From: an uncultured Solirubrobacterales bacterium
GTDB lineage: Bacteria; Actinomycetota; Thermoleophilia; Solirubrobacterales; 70-9
Direction: 5' to 3'
NCBI GenBank assembly: GCA_963712765.1
Contig: CAVQIX010000004.1
Location: 496,503-560,502 of the forward strand
DNA: 64,000 bases
The position numbers and the translations under genes were made by a program. The notes below the pieces were generated by a model, which worked only from the letters and a program-made list of their open reading frames with translations, was not told the origin of the DNA and did not search any database. Positions 41,768 through 55,343 of the stretch are shown here, piece by piece. The stretch's first letter is position 1; every line of letters begins with the position of its first letter.

Positions 41768-43038
41768 CAGGCCGATCCGTTCCCATTTGCAACGCCCTCG
41801 TAGAAGTCAGCCATGCGCGGGAAGGTGACCTCAAGCGCATATCGCCCATGCACGGCCTCCATTCCAGCTCGCCCGACGGTCTCCCGGTGTCGACTCGGAT
41901 CCTCGAGCACCTCGAGGGCCTTCTCGGCGAATCCCACATGGTCGAAGAAGTCGATCAGGTAGCCGGTCTCCCCGTCGCTGATCACCTCGCGCACCGGCTC
42001 GGTGTCGGAGCCGAGCATCGTGGCGCCGCACGCCATCGCGTTGAGGCAGGACCAACTGAGCACGAACGGCACGGTCAGATAGAAGTGCAGGTCGCTGAGG
42101 CTGAGCAGCTTCGAGAGTTGCTGCGGAGCGACGTTGCCGACGAAGTGGATCCGGTCCAGGTCGTAGTCGTCCTGGCTGAGCACGTGATCCTTGAAGCTCT
42201 TGCCGCCGGTGTGGCGGAGATCGCCGCCGTAGGCGACCCGGTCGGAGCCGACGACGACGAATCGGACATCGTCGCGGGCGTCGCAGATCCGCTTCACCGC
42301 CTTCATGAAGACGTCGAAGCCCCGCATCATCTCGAGCCCCCGCGAAACGTAGGTGACCAGGCGCTCACCCTCGGCGAGCTGGAGGTTCCCGATGCGGCGA
42401 TCGGGCACCTCCCGGGGCCGCCAGATATCTGTGTCGATCCCGTCATGGATCACCCGCAGCTTGCCCCGATAGGCCTCCGGCATCAGCTCGTGCTGGTAGT
42501 CGGTCGGGTTGTATCCGGCATCGCAGTACTCGAGGTCGAGCAGAATCATCGCGTTGCGAGCCGGGCTGCGGAGGCGGTCGATCTCGCTGACCGGGATCTC
42601 CGGCCGGAAGTCGAGATCGGAGTCGCGCGGGCGGTAGAAGTACTCGAAATAGTTGATCACCTTCGCATCCGGGTACAGCTCCCGCAGGAAGAGAGTTGAG
42701 CCCCAGCCGGAGTGGCCGACGATCAGGTCCGGCTTGACTGCGGCGGATACGGGCTTCAGCGCCTCGTAGACGCCGGCGGCGTGCCAGACTCCGTTCTCGA
42801 AAGTCCGGGCGAGGTAGTGGGTCTTCTCGGTCGCGGCCCCTCGCGGTCGGTACTGGATGTTGTTCACCCCGCCGGCGGTACCGGGCGGCTTCTCGCTGAC
42901 GAAGGTTGCCGTCCAGTCTCTCTCTTCGACCCCACGGGCGCCGATGTGGCCGAACTGGGCCGGGAAGTTCTTGTGGACGAAGAGGACGTGCACAGGGCTG
43001 ATCCTATGGCGGCCCGACGAAGATGAGCGCGAGAGCAT
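41767..43038 (-). CDS. GT4-family (group 1) glycosyltransferase
   Basis: 423 aa. N-terminal VLFVHKNFPAQFGH. C-terminal GT1 region (RFVVVGSD..., YLTVPFVLSWSCLNAMACGATMLGSDTEPVREVISDGETGYLIDF) containing the E-x7-E-like motif. Confidence 0.85.
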   Translation of the reverse strand: MLSRSSSSGRHRISPVHVLFVHKNFPAQFGHIGARGVEERDWTATFVSEKPPGTAGGVNNIQYRPRGAATEKTHYLARTFENGVWHAAGVYEALKPVSAAVKPDLIVGHSGWGSTLFLRELYPDAKVINYFEYFYRPRDSDLDFRPEIPVSEIDRLRSPARNAMILLDLEYCDAGYNPTDYQHELMPEAYRGKLRVIHDGIDTDIWRPREVPDRRIGNLQLAEGERLVTYVSRGLEMMRGFDVFMKAVKRICDARDDVRFVVVGSDRVAYGGDLRHTGGKSFKDHVLSQDDYDLDRIHFVGNVAPQQLSKLLSLSDLHFYLTVPFVLSWSCLNAMACGATMLGSDTEPVREVISDGETGYLIDFFDHVGFAEKALEVLEDPSRHRETVGRAGMEAVHGRYALEVTFPRMADFYEGVANGNGSA

Positions 43039-43265
43039 CGGGTTGGGTAGGCTGGTGTGGCGGTGGGGTTCGAAGGAGTGACAGAGTTCGTCGGCGGTTC
43101 GCGAGGTGCGTCGTGAGGCCGACCCAGCGCAGGCTTCACTCCTACCGCCGTCGGGGGCCGATCGGGGTTGCGCCGGCTCCGGGGCTCTCAGCCGACGCCC
43201 TCCCGCTGGCTACCACCGATGGGAGCCGTCTCCCGATAAGGCGCAGGGATTTCGACGGGGAGCTG

Positions 43266-47657
<4,392 letters not shown>

Positions 47658-47664
47658 CCGGGGC

Positions 47665-48522
47665 CTACTTCAGCAGCCGCGACAGCCGCCGATCGGCGAA
47701 GCGCTTGCCGCCGTTCTGCTCGGCCGGGCAATAGCAGGTGATGTGCTCGGAGTAGTGGATCGCGGCGATCTCATCGCCGCAGCGCGGGCAGGCTTCACCC
47801 TCGCGGCGGTGGACCTGCAGGGGCATCGGCATCTTGTCGGGGATCGACTCGCCGATGACCTCCTCGTAGTGGTCGATCGCCGAATCGAGCACGGAGAGGG
47901 CTGCGTGCAGGCGGGTGACCTGGCCGGGGTCGAGCTCGGAGCCCTTCTTGAACGGTGAGAGCCTCGCCTCCCAGAGCACCTCGTCCACCCAGGAGCGACC
48001 GATGCCGGAGATCGTGCGCTGGTCACGCAGCATCGGGTGCAGGTGGCGGGGCTGATCGAGCGCCTCGGCCAGGACCCTCTCGCCCGGCGCCGGCCATGCC
48101 GCCGGGCCGAGCGTCGCGACCATCTCCTCCTCGTCGATCTGCTCCGGCTCCATCAGCTTCACCCAAGCGCGCTGCTTGGTCCCGAACTCGCGCAGCCGCA
48201 GCTCGCGCTCACCATCGATCCGGATCAGGATCCGGGAGCGCTTGTCGCGCAGGGACGCCCGCTTGTCGAAGAGCTGCAGCCGGCCCGCCGACATCATGTG
48301 GACCAGCAGAGAGAGCCGCTCGGCGCCCTTGTCGAACTCGACGATCGGCATCTTTGCGATCCGTCGCACCCCGGTCACCTTCGCCCCCGTGATCGCCTCC
48401 AGCGGCGGCTTGACGCTCTTCAGCGCCACCATTCCCGGCGCCATCGTCGACTCCACGACCGCTCCTCGCAGAGCCTCGTCCAGTCGCCTGGCGGTGATCT
48501 CGACCTCGGGCAGTTCCGGCAT
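47665..48522 (-). CDS. Fpg/Nei family DNA glycosylase / AP lyase
   Basis: MPELPEVE N-terminus (catalytic Pro2/Glu3). H2TH region. C-terminal zinc finger CPRCGDEI...CYCPAEQ. Confidence 0.9.
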   Translation of the reverse strand: MPELPEVEITARRLDEALRGAVVESTMAPGMVALKSVKPPLEAITGAKVTGVRRIAKMPIVEFDKGAERLSLLVHMMSAGRLQLFDKRASLRDKRSRILIRIDGERELRLREFGTKQRAWVKLMEPEQIDEEEMVATLGPAAWPAPGERVLAEALDQPRHLHPMLRDQRTISGIGRSWVDEVLWEARLSPFKKGSELDPGQVTRLHAALSVLDSAIDHYEEVIGESIPDKMPMPLQVHRREGEACPRCGDEIAAIHYSEHITCYCPAEQNGGKRFADRRLSRLLK

Positions 48523-48637
48523 CGCAGCTGAGAGTAGTCACCGGAGAGCGCTAAACTGCAAACCAGTTCATTCGCCCGTCCGAGTTCGGCTGGCGAACAT
48601 ACGAAGTCGACTCTCCCGTCACCATCGGGAGGGGGAA

Positions 48638-49681
48638 ATGGAGCTAGTCATGCAGGAGCTCCCGACAATCCAGGCGCCTCCGGTATCCGGCCTCTCAGCA
48701 GCCGAGATTGCCGAGCTCAGCGAGGAGACGAAGGCGCTCGCCGCCGACCGTGACGCGGTCATCCTCGCTCACAATTACCAGTTCCCCGAGCTGCAGGACA
48801 TCGCCGACTACGTCGGCGACTCGCTCGGGCTCTCCCGTGCCGCCGCCTCCTCGGATGCATCGGTGATCGCCTTCTGCGGAGTGCACTTCATGGCCGAGAC
48901 CGCATCGGTGCTCTCGCCCGAGAAGAAGGTGCTGATCCCCGACACCGACGCCGGCTGCTCGCTCTCCGACTCGATCACCGCCGATCAGCTCCGCACCTGG
49001 AAGTCGGAGCACCCCGGCGCGCTGGTGGTCATGTACGTCAACACCTCGGCCGAGGTCAAGGCCGAGACCGACTACTGCTGCACCTCCTCCAACGCGGTTC
49101 AGGTCGTCGAGCACATCTGGTCGGAGCACGGCGCCGATCAGGAGATCCTCTTCGGCCCCGATATGTGGCTCGGGGCCTTCGTCGAGCGCGAGGCCGGACT
49201 GCACGAGGATCCCGAGCGCCGCGCCCACTTCCATATCTGGGATGGCGAGTGCCACGTACATGCCGGAATCCGGCCCGACGACATCAACGAGATGCGGGTG
49301 GAGCACCCCAAGGCCGAGTTCCTGATCCACCCTGAGTGCGGTTGCTCCACCCAGGCGATGGAGTTCGTCGCTTCCGGCGACGTCGCCTCCGAGGACGTGC
49401 ACATGCTCTCGACCTCGGGGATGCTGAGGCAGGTCGAGGCCAACCCGACCGGCGAGTTCATCGTCGCGACCGAGACCGGAATGCTCTATCCGCTGCAGGA
49501 GGCGGCGCCCGAGGCTGAGCTGATCCCCGCCAACCGGATGGCGTTCTGCAGGTACATGAAGATGATCACCCTGCCGAAGCTGCGCGACTGCCTCCGTGAC
49601 CTCAGTCCCGAGGTGAAGGTCGATCCGACGATCGCCGAGCGGGCGAGGATCCCGATCGAGCGCATGGTCGCGATCGGCTAG
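48638..49681 (+). CDS. nadA: quinolinate synthase
   Basis: ATG 48638 after GGGAGGGGG. ILAHNYQ, FCGVHFMAETA, type-III-like layout with CHVH and HPEC motifs. The track ORF from 48176 is an antisense extension into fpg/nei. Confidence 0.9.
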   Translation: MELVMQELPTIQAPPVSGLSAAEIAELSEETKALAADRDAVILAHNYQFPELQDIADYVGDSLGLSRAAASSDASVIAFCGVHFMAETASVLSPEKKVLIPDTDAGCSLSDSITADQLRTWKSEHPGALVVMYVNTSAEVKAETDYCCTSSNAVQVVEHIWSEHGADQEILFGPDMWLGAFVEREAGLHEDPERRAHFHIWDGECHVHAGIRPDDINEMRVEHPKAEFLIHPECGCSTQAMEFVASGDVASEDVHMLSTSGMLRQVEANPTGEFIVATETGMLYPLQEAAPEAELIPANRMAFCRYMKMITLPKLRDCLRDLSPEVKVDPTIAERARIPIERMVAIG

Positions 49682-49707
49682 GGACCGGCGCGCGGATCGG
49701 CTCACAG

Positions 49708-50031
49708 ATGGCTTCGGTCGAGGCCCTGATCGAGCGTGACGGGAGCGGCTGCGTCTGGTGTGGGCGGGAGCTCTGGCGCAGCGACCTGACCATTGAGCAC
49801 GTCTGCCCGCGCTCCCGCAGCGGGAGCTCCGACGCGGAGAACCTGCTGGTCGCCTGCCGCACCTGTAACCACGCTCGTCGCTCGCAGGCCGCCGTCTCCT
49901 ACGCGCGGGATCGCGCCCGGCAGGGATTTCGACCCCGCTGGACCCTGATCGAGGGGACGCTCCGCCGCCTTTCCGACTCCGGACACCGGGCGCATCGTCG
50001 CTACGGTCGGGCGCAACTCCGCCACCTCTGA
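49708..50031 (+). CDS. small HNH endonuclease
   Basis: 107 aa. CVWCGRE...LTIEHVCPRSRSGSSDAENLLVACRTCNHAR (Cys4 zinc plus His-Asn-His core). Confidence 0.8.
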   Translation: MASVEALIERDGSGCVWCGRELWRSDLTIEHVCPRSRSGSSDAENLLVACRTCNHARRSQAAVSYARDRARQGFRPRWTLIEGTLRRLSDSGHRAHRRYGRAQLRHL

Positions 50032-50071
50032 CCGAGCCGCGGGGCGCGGAGGCCGTTGCTAGCTTGGCGCC

Positions 50072-50446
50072 ATGATCGAGACGGCCGCGCGGCTGATCCT
50101 CGCCGCGATTCTGGCGCTCGCAGCGGCAACGAAGCTCAGACGGCCGAGCCACAGCCGAGCCGCGTTGGCCACCTACGGTTTCAGCCCGGGAGCGCAGCAG
50201 TGGGCGGCTTGGCTGTTCGTAGTCGCAGCCGAGATCATCCTCGCGGTCGGGGTGGGCGCGGGCTCGCAGACCGCTGCCTGGGCCGCCGCCGGCCTGATGC
50301 TCCTCTTTGCCGCGACCCTTGGCTCGGCGTTGATGGCGGGAAAGGCCGGCGAGCCCTGCGCCTGCTTCGGCGGGGGCGCGATCGTGAGCCCGCTCGCCAT
50401 CGTTCGCAACCTCGCTCTCGCGACGGCACTGTTCATGGTGGCCTAG
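50072..50446 (+). CDS. MauE/DoxX-family membrane protein
   Basis: 124 aa with four hydrophobic helices. LILAAILALAAATKL start and the CxC motif (GEPCACFGG) typical of MauE-like proteins. Confidence 0.7.
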   Translation: MIETAARLILAAILALAAATKLRRPSHSRAALATYGFSPGAQQWAAWLFVVAAEIILAVGVGAGSQTAAWAAAGLMLLFAATLGSALMAGKAGEPCACFGGGAIVSPLAIVRNLALATALFMVA

Positions 50447-50473
50447 GACCCGCGCGTATACGATCGGGCCAAG

Positions 50474-52033
50474 GTGGGAGGCGCGGCCAACAAGAAGCTC
50501 ATCCTGGGGGCGATGATCTTCGCCGTCGCAATGACCTTCATCGACCAGACGATTGTCGCGATCGCGGTCCCCGAGCTGCAGAAGGACCTCGGGCTCTCCG
50601 CTACCGGGGTGCAGTGGATCATCAACGGTTACCTGCTCTCGCTCGCGGCCCTGTTCGCCTTCGGTGGACGGCTCGGCGACATCTTCGGCCATCGCTCGAT
50701 GGTCGTGATCGGCGTGATCGTCTTCGCCGGCTCCTCGGCGATGTGCGGCGCGACTCCCGTCGGCGAGATCTCCGAGGCCTGGATCATCTTCTTCCGGGTG
50801 GTCCAGGGCGCCGGCGCTGCACTCATGTTCCCGGCCGCACTGGCGATCGTGATCGACTCCTTCCCGCTCCGGGAGCGGGGGCAGGCGATGGCGATCTTCT
50901 TCGGGATCACCGGCGGCCTTACGGCGGTCGGACCGATCGCCGGCGGATACCTGACCGAGATCGACTGGCGCGCGATCTTCTGGGTGAACCTTCCGATCGC
51001 CGCGATCGCCCTGGTCCTCACCGCGATCGCCAAGCCGCCCAACGAGAAGCATCCGGCGCCGATCGACTACCGCGGCGTGGTCCTTATCTCCGGCGGGATG
51101 GGCGTGGCGGTTCTCGGTCTGCAACAGGCCTCGACGTGGGGCTGGGGCAGTGCGGCCACCTGGGGCTGCATCGTCGTCGGCCTCGGCCTGATCGCGGTCT
51201 TCGCCCGCTACCAGCTCGGTGCAAAGGACCCCCTGCTCCGTGTGCGGATCTTCGCCAACAGGGCGTTTGCGGCGGACAATGCGGTGCTCTTCCTGTTGAT
51301 GATCACCTTCATCCCCCTCTTCTTCTTCGCCAGTACCTACTCCCAGATCTCCCTCGGCGACGATGCTTCTCAGGCAGGGATCTACCTGCTCACCTTCTTC
51401 GCCGGGTTCGCCGCCGCGGCGCAGATCGGGGGCCGCATCCTCGACACGCGCGGAGCGAAGCCGGCCGTGGTCGTCGGCTGTGCGCTCTCGGCGGTCGGCT
51501 TCTTCCTCTGGGGTCGTGAGCTGACCGGGCTCGACTACAACAGCCAGTGGTATCTGATCGTTCTGACCGGCGCGGGCGTCGGCCTGATCCTCGGCCCCGC
51601 CAACACCGACGCGATCAATCGGGCCCCGCGTGTCACCTACGGCGAGGTCACCGGCATCACCCAGACGGTTCGCAACTTCGGCTCGAGCATAGGTCTGGCG
51701 ATTCTCGGGACGATCCTGATCCTGCAGAACAGGTCCAATATCGAGGACTCCCTGTCCGGATTCGGCATCCCGGCCGAGAGGGCGGATCAGATCGCCTCCG
51801 CGCTGAGCCAGGCCGGCGGGGGCGGCTCGGGGAGCTTCGGTGAGCGCACCGGCGAGAAGGCGCGCGAGATCTTCGAAGCGGTCCAGCTCGATTACGCGAT
51901 GGCGACGAGGACCGTGTTCTACGTCATGGCTGGGGTGATGGCCCTGGCCTTCGTGGTCGCTTTGGTGACGATGCAGTCCGGTCGGGTCGAGGAAGTGATC
52001 GAGGCGCCGGAGGAGAGCCCGGCCGCCGGCTAA
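50474..52033 (+). CDS. MFS transporter, DHA2 (EmrB/QacA, 14-TM) type
   Basis: 519 aa. FIDQTIVAIAVPELQKDLG, GGRLGDIFGHR (motif A). About 14 hydrophobic segments. Confidence 0.9.
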   Translation: MGGAANKKLILGAMIFAVAMTFIDQTIVAIAVPELQKDLGLSATGVQWIINGYLLSLAALFAFGGRLGDIFGHRSMVVIGVIVFAGSSAMCGATPVGEISEAWIIFFRVVQGAGAALMFPAALAIVIDSFPLRERGQAMAIFFGITGGLTAVGPIAGGYLTEIDWRAIFWVNLPIAAIALVLTAIAKPPNEKHPAPIDYRGVVLISGGMGVAVLGLQQASTWGWGSAATWGCIVVGLGLIAVFARYQLGAKDPLLRVRIFANRAFAADNAVLFLLMITFIPLFFFASTYSQISLGDDASQAGIYLLTFFAGFAAAAQIGGRILDTRGAKPAVVVGCALSAVGFFLWGRELTGLDYNSQWYLIVLTGAGVGLILGPANTDAINRAPRVTYGEVTGITQTVRNFGSSIGLAILGTILILQNRSNIEDSLSGFGIPAERADQIASALSQAGGGGSGSFGERTGEKAREIFEAVQLDYAMATRTVFYVMAGVMALAFVVALVTMQSGRVEEVIEAPEESPAAG

Positions 52034-52257
52034 TTGCCGGCCTTGGGCCTGCCGCCGCCCTCGGGACCGCCGGGCGGACCTGCCCCGTCCCCGACACCGC
52101 CGTCTGGCTCGACGGGGATCGGCTCGGAGGTGGTGGGAGAGCTCTGCGATCGGTCTCCCCCGAGCCGATCATCGAAAATCAGAAACAGGATCAGCGAGCA
52201 GACGAGCACCGTCGCCGCACCGATGATCAGCCAGGAACCTCGCATTTTCCGAACCAT
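52030..52257 (-). CDS. hypothetical small membrane protein
   Basis: 75 aa. One TM (WLIIGAATVLVCSLILFLIF) then a Pro/Gly-rich tail. Convergent 4-nt overlap with the MFS stop. Weak support. Confidence 0.45.
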   Translation of the reverse strand: MVRKMRGSWLIIGAATVLVCSLILFLIFDDRLGGDRSQSSPTTSEPIPVEPDGGVGDGAGPPGGPEGGGRPKAGN

Positions 52258-52301
52258 AGACGCCGTCGGGTCCGTCCTCGGGCGGACCTAGATTTCCTCC
52301 C

Positions 52302-53342
52302 ATGGCGCTACCGGCCCATTCGGGCGAGACGGATCCGGCATCGGCCTCTAACCTGCGGCCCGTGCACCACCTGCGACCGGTCCCAGATCCGCAGCCGCCG
52401 AGTATCCCGATCGAGGGAGATCTGCCGTCGATCCGACAGCTGGAGCGCTGGGCGACCGTGCTCCGGATGGACTGCGTCCGGATGCTGGCGGTGGCCAAGT
52501 CCGGTCACCTCGACAGCTCGCTCTCCGCCGCCGACATCGTCACCGCCCTCTACCACCGGGTCCTCCGCCACGACCCGGCGAGGCCGGAATGGCCCGAGCG
52601 CGACCGCTTCGTGCTCTCCAAGGGTCACGCTGCGCCGATCCAGTACGCGGCTCTCGCCCGTTTCGGCTACTTCCCGCTCGAGGATCTCATGGGCCTGCGC
52701 AAGATCGGCGCCCAGCTCCAGGGCCATCCGGACATGAACCGCACACCCGGAGTCGAGGTGTCGACCGGCTCCCTCGGTCAGGGCCTGTCGATGTCGCTGG
52801 GCATCGCGTTGGCGCTCCACCTCGATGGTATCGCCGGCGCCCAGGTCTACTGCCTGCTCTCCGACGGCGACTGCCAGGAGGGCCAGACCTGGGAGGCTGC
52901 CACCGCGACCCCCCATTTCGCCGATCGTGGTGGCGCCGGGGTCACGGCGATCGTCGACTACAACCATCTTCAAACCGACGGGACCACCGAGGAGGTCATG
53001 GACATCTTCGAGATGCGGGCCAAGTTCGAGAGCTTCGGCTGGGATGCGGTCGAGATCGACGGCCACGACATGCTCGCGGTCGTCGAGGCGCTCGAGCGCA
53101 GCCGCGATCTCGACCGGCCCGCGGCGATCGTCTGCCAGACCAAGAAGGGACGAGGGGTTTCCTCGATGGAGGGGCGGTTCGGATTCCACGGCAAGCCGCC
53201 GAGCCCTGAGCAGGCCGAGGAGGCCCTGACCGAGCTCGAGGAGCTCTTCGACCGCCAGACGGAGGCGCTGGAGAAGGCCACCGCGGACTTCGAGGCGATC
53301 CGGGAGCCTTCGCGGCCCGGCGGCGACGGAGGCGGATCATGA
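52302..53342 (+). CDS. transketolase, N-terminal (TPP-binding) subunit
   Basis: SGHLDSSLSAADIVTALY, RDRFVLSKGHAAP, GSLGQGLS, LLSDGDCQEGQTWEA. The true start may be some tens of codons downstream of 52302. Confidence 0.9.
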   Translation: MALPAHSGETDPASASNLRPVHHLRPVPDPQPPSIPIEGDLPSIRQLERWATVLRMDCVRMLAVAKSGHLDSSLSAADIVTALYHRVLRHDPARPEWPERDRFVLSKGHAAPIQYAALARFGYFPLEDLMGLRKIGAQLQGHPDMNRTPGVEVSTGSLGQGLSMSLGIALALHLDGIAGAQVYCLLSDGDCQEGQTWEAATATPHFADRGGAGVTAIVDYNHLQTDGTTEEVMDIFEMRAKFESFGWDAVEIDGHDMLAVVEALERSRDLDRPAAIVCQTKKGRGVSSMEGRFGFHGKPPSPEQAEEALTELEELFDRQTEALEKATADFEAIREPSRPGGDGGGS

Positions 53343-54334
53343 CGGCAGCCGCGGTCGCCGAGCCCACAGCCACCCGCCAGGCCTATGGCGCCGCTCTTGT
53401 CGAGCTCGGCGCCGAACACCCCGAGGTGGTCGCGCTTGACGCCGACCTCTCTGTCTCGACCCAGGCGGCCAAGTTCGGCAAGGAGTACCCGGAGCGTTTC
53501 TTCAACGTCGGCGCCGCAGAGGCGAACATGATGTCGATGGCCTGCGGGCTCGCCGCGACCGGCAAGGTGCCCTACTGCTCGACCTTCGCGATCTTCGCCT
53601 CCGGGCGTGCCTACGATCAGGTCCGGCTCGGGATCGCCCACAACGAGCTCAAGGTGCGGATCGGCGCCTCACACGGTGGCGTCTCGCTCGGCGAGGACGG
53701 CGCCTCTCACCAGATGATCGAGGACATCGCCCTGATGCGGGCGATGCCGCGGATGCAGGTCATCGTCCCCGCCGACTACAACCAGGCCTACCGCGCGGTG
53801 CTCCACTCCTACGAGCACGACGAGCCGATGTATCTGCGCTTCGGCCGGCCGGCGACCCCGGTCGTCTATGAGGAGATTCCCGAGGAGCTGCGCTCCGTCG
53901 ACGTCCTTCGCGAGGGCAAGGACATCACCCTGATAGCCACCGGCCACATGGTCTGGCGGGCGCTCGAGGCCGCCGAGGCGCTGGAGCGAGAGGACGGGAT
54001 CGAGGCTGAGGTTCTCAACGTGGCGATCATCAAGCCGATCGACTCGCAGGTCGTGATCGAATCGCTGGCGAAGACCGGCGTCGCGGTCACCGCCGAGGAG
54101 CACCGCACGGTCGGCGGTCTCGCCGACGCGATCCGAGGCGTCGCCGCCGAGCAGCATCCCGTCCCCGTCTTCGCTGTCGGCATGGGTGACGAGTTCGGCG
54201 TGTCGGGGACGGGCGAGGCCTGCATGGAGCACTTCGGACTCACCAGCCGTGGCATCGCCGACCGTGCCCGCGAGGCCCTCGTCTTGAAGCCGATCGTCAG
54301 CCACCCGCCCCTGCACGGCCCGGAGTGGACCTGA
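53339..54334 (+). CDS. transketolase, C-terminal (pyrimidine-binding) subunit
   Basis: FFNVGAAEANMMSMACGLA, GASHGGVSLGEDGASHQ. 4-nt overlap with the N-subunit gene. Confidence 0.9.
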   Translation: MTAAAVAEPTATRQAYGAALVELGAEHPEVVALDADLSVSTQAAKFGKEYPERFFNVGAAEANMMSMACGLAATGKVPYCSTFAIFASGRAYDQVRLGIAHNELKVRIGASHGGVSLGEDGASHQMIEDIALMRAMPRMQVIVPADYNQAYRAVLHSYEHDEPMYLRFGRPATPVVYEEIPEELRSVDVLREGKDITLIATGHMVWRALEAAEALEREDGIEAEVLNVAIIKPIDSQVVIESLAKTGVAVTAEEHRTVGGLADAIRGVAAEQHPVPVFAVGMGDEFGVSGTGEACMEHFGLTSRGIADRAREALVLKPIVSHPPLHGPEWT

Positions 54335-54356
54335 GCTGAGCTGCGAGGTCTCGCGT

Positions 54357-54842
54357 ATGGGCGTCGAGATCGAGCGCAAGTTCCTCGTCGAGGTGCTCCC
54401 CGGATGGCTCTCCTCGTGCCCGTCCCATCTGATCGAGCAGGGCTATCTGGCGCTGGAGGAGGAGGCCGAGGTCAGGGTGCGGCTGGTTGAGGATCGGCCT
54501 CCCACCCTCACCGTCAAGCACGGCCACGGCCGTATCCGGGCCGAGACGGAGATCGAGCTCTCACGCGAACAGGCCGAGCCACTCTGGCCCCTGACCGAGG
54601 GTCGTCGGGTGAGCAAGCGCCGCCATCTCGCCGAGCGCGAGGAGGGCACCTGGGAGGTCGATGTCTATCAGGGCGAGCTCTCGGGTCTGGTCGTCGCCGA
54701 GATCGAGTTCGCCTCTGAGAAGGACTCCGGCCAGCTGGATCCACCCGATTGGGTCGGCCCGGAGGTCACCGGCGAGCGCGCCTATGAGAACCGGGCGCTC
54801 GCCGAGCACGGCCGCACCGATGAAGGGCTCTCAGCCTCGTAG
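54357..54842 (+). CDS. CYTH-domain (triphosphate tunnel metalloenzyme) protein
   Basis: Starts MGVEIERKFLV (ExExK). RVR, TVK and EIE beta-strand signature residues. Confidence 0.8.
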   Translation: MGVEIERKFLVEVLPGWLSSCPSHLIEQGYLALEEEAEVRVRLVEDRPPTLTVKHGHGRIRAETEIELSREQAEPLWPLTEGRRVSKRRHLAEREEGTWEVDVYQGELSGLVVAEIEFASEKDSGQLDPPDWVGPEVTGERAYENRALAEHGRTDEGLSAS

Positions 54843-55343
54843 CTGCTTGGGCCGCACGAATGCTTCGAGCCTGGCGACCCCGGGCCGGAGCTGTTGCCAG
54901 CCACCTTCGAAGCTGAGCGTGGCAAGCGCACCCGTGGGGTACTTGCGGCGAACGCGGTCGAGATCCTCACCCTCGTCGGCGACGATTCCGGCGAGGGTCC
55001 CGATCCCGGGGTTGTGGCCTATCAGCATCGCGGAGGTCATGTCCTCGGGCAGCTCGCCGACGATGCCGATCAGTTCCTCCCAGGAGGCCCCATAGATCCG
55101 GCCGTCGCGCCAGACAGCGGTCCGGCCCGGCAGCGAGGGCCGGATCAGCTCCAGCGTCTGCTCGGTACGCATCGCCGGCGAGCAGACGAGCGCGTCGGGT
55201 GCGATCCTCGCCCGCCGCATGTGCGCGGCGATCAGCTTCCCGGCCTTGCGGCCCCGCTTGGCCAAAGGCCGGTCGATGTCGGCGAGTCCGGGATCGTCCC
55301 AGCTCGACTTCGCGTGCCTGAGTAGATACAGCTCAGAGCGCAT
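54831..55343 (-). CDS. histidine phosphatase family protein (SixA-like)
   Basis: LYLLRHAKS (RHG-type motif), PLAKRGRK, IGHNPG. Confidence 0.8.
   Translation of the reverse strand: MRSELYLLRHAKSSWDDPGLADIDRPLAKRGRKAGKLIAAHMRRARIAPDALVCSPAMRTEQTLELIRPSLPGRTAVWRDGRIYGASWEELIGIVGELPEDMTSAMLIGHNPGIGTLAGIVADEGEDLDRVRRKYPTGALATLSFEGGWQQLRPGVARLEAFVRPKQLRG

Noticed and set aside
48176-48637. The N-terminal 154 codons of the 501-aa track ORF containing nadA.
   Set aside because: This part is antisense to the well-supported fpg/nei gene and is Ser/Arg-rich. A good RBS and ATG at 48638 precede the conserved NadA sequence.
48695-51124. 809-aa minus-strand ORF across nadA, HNH, MauE and the MFS 5' end.
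   Set aside because: Arg/Asp/Gly/Pro-rich shadow spanning four independent, well-supported plus-strand genes and their intergenic gaps.
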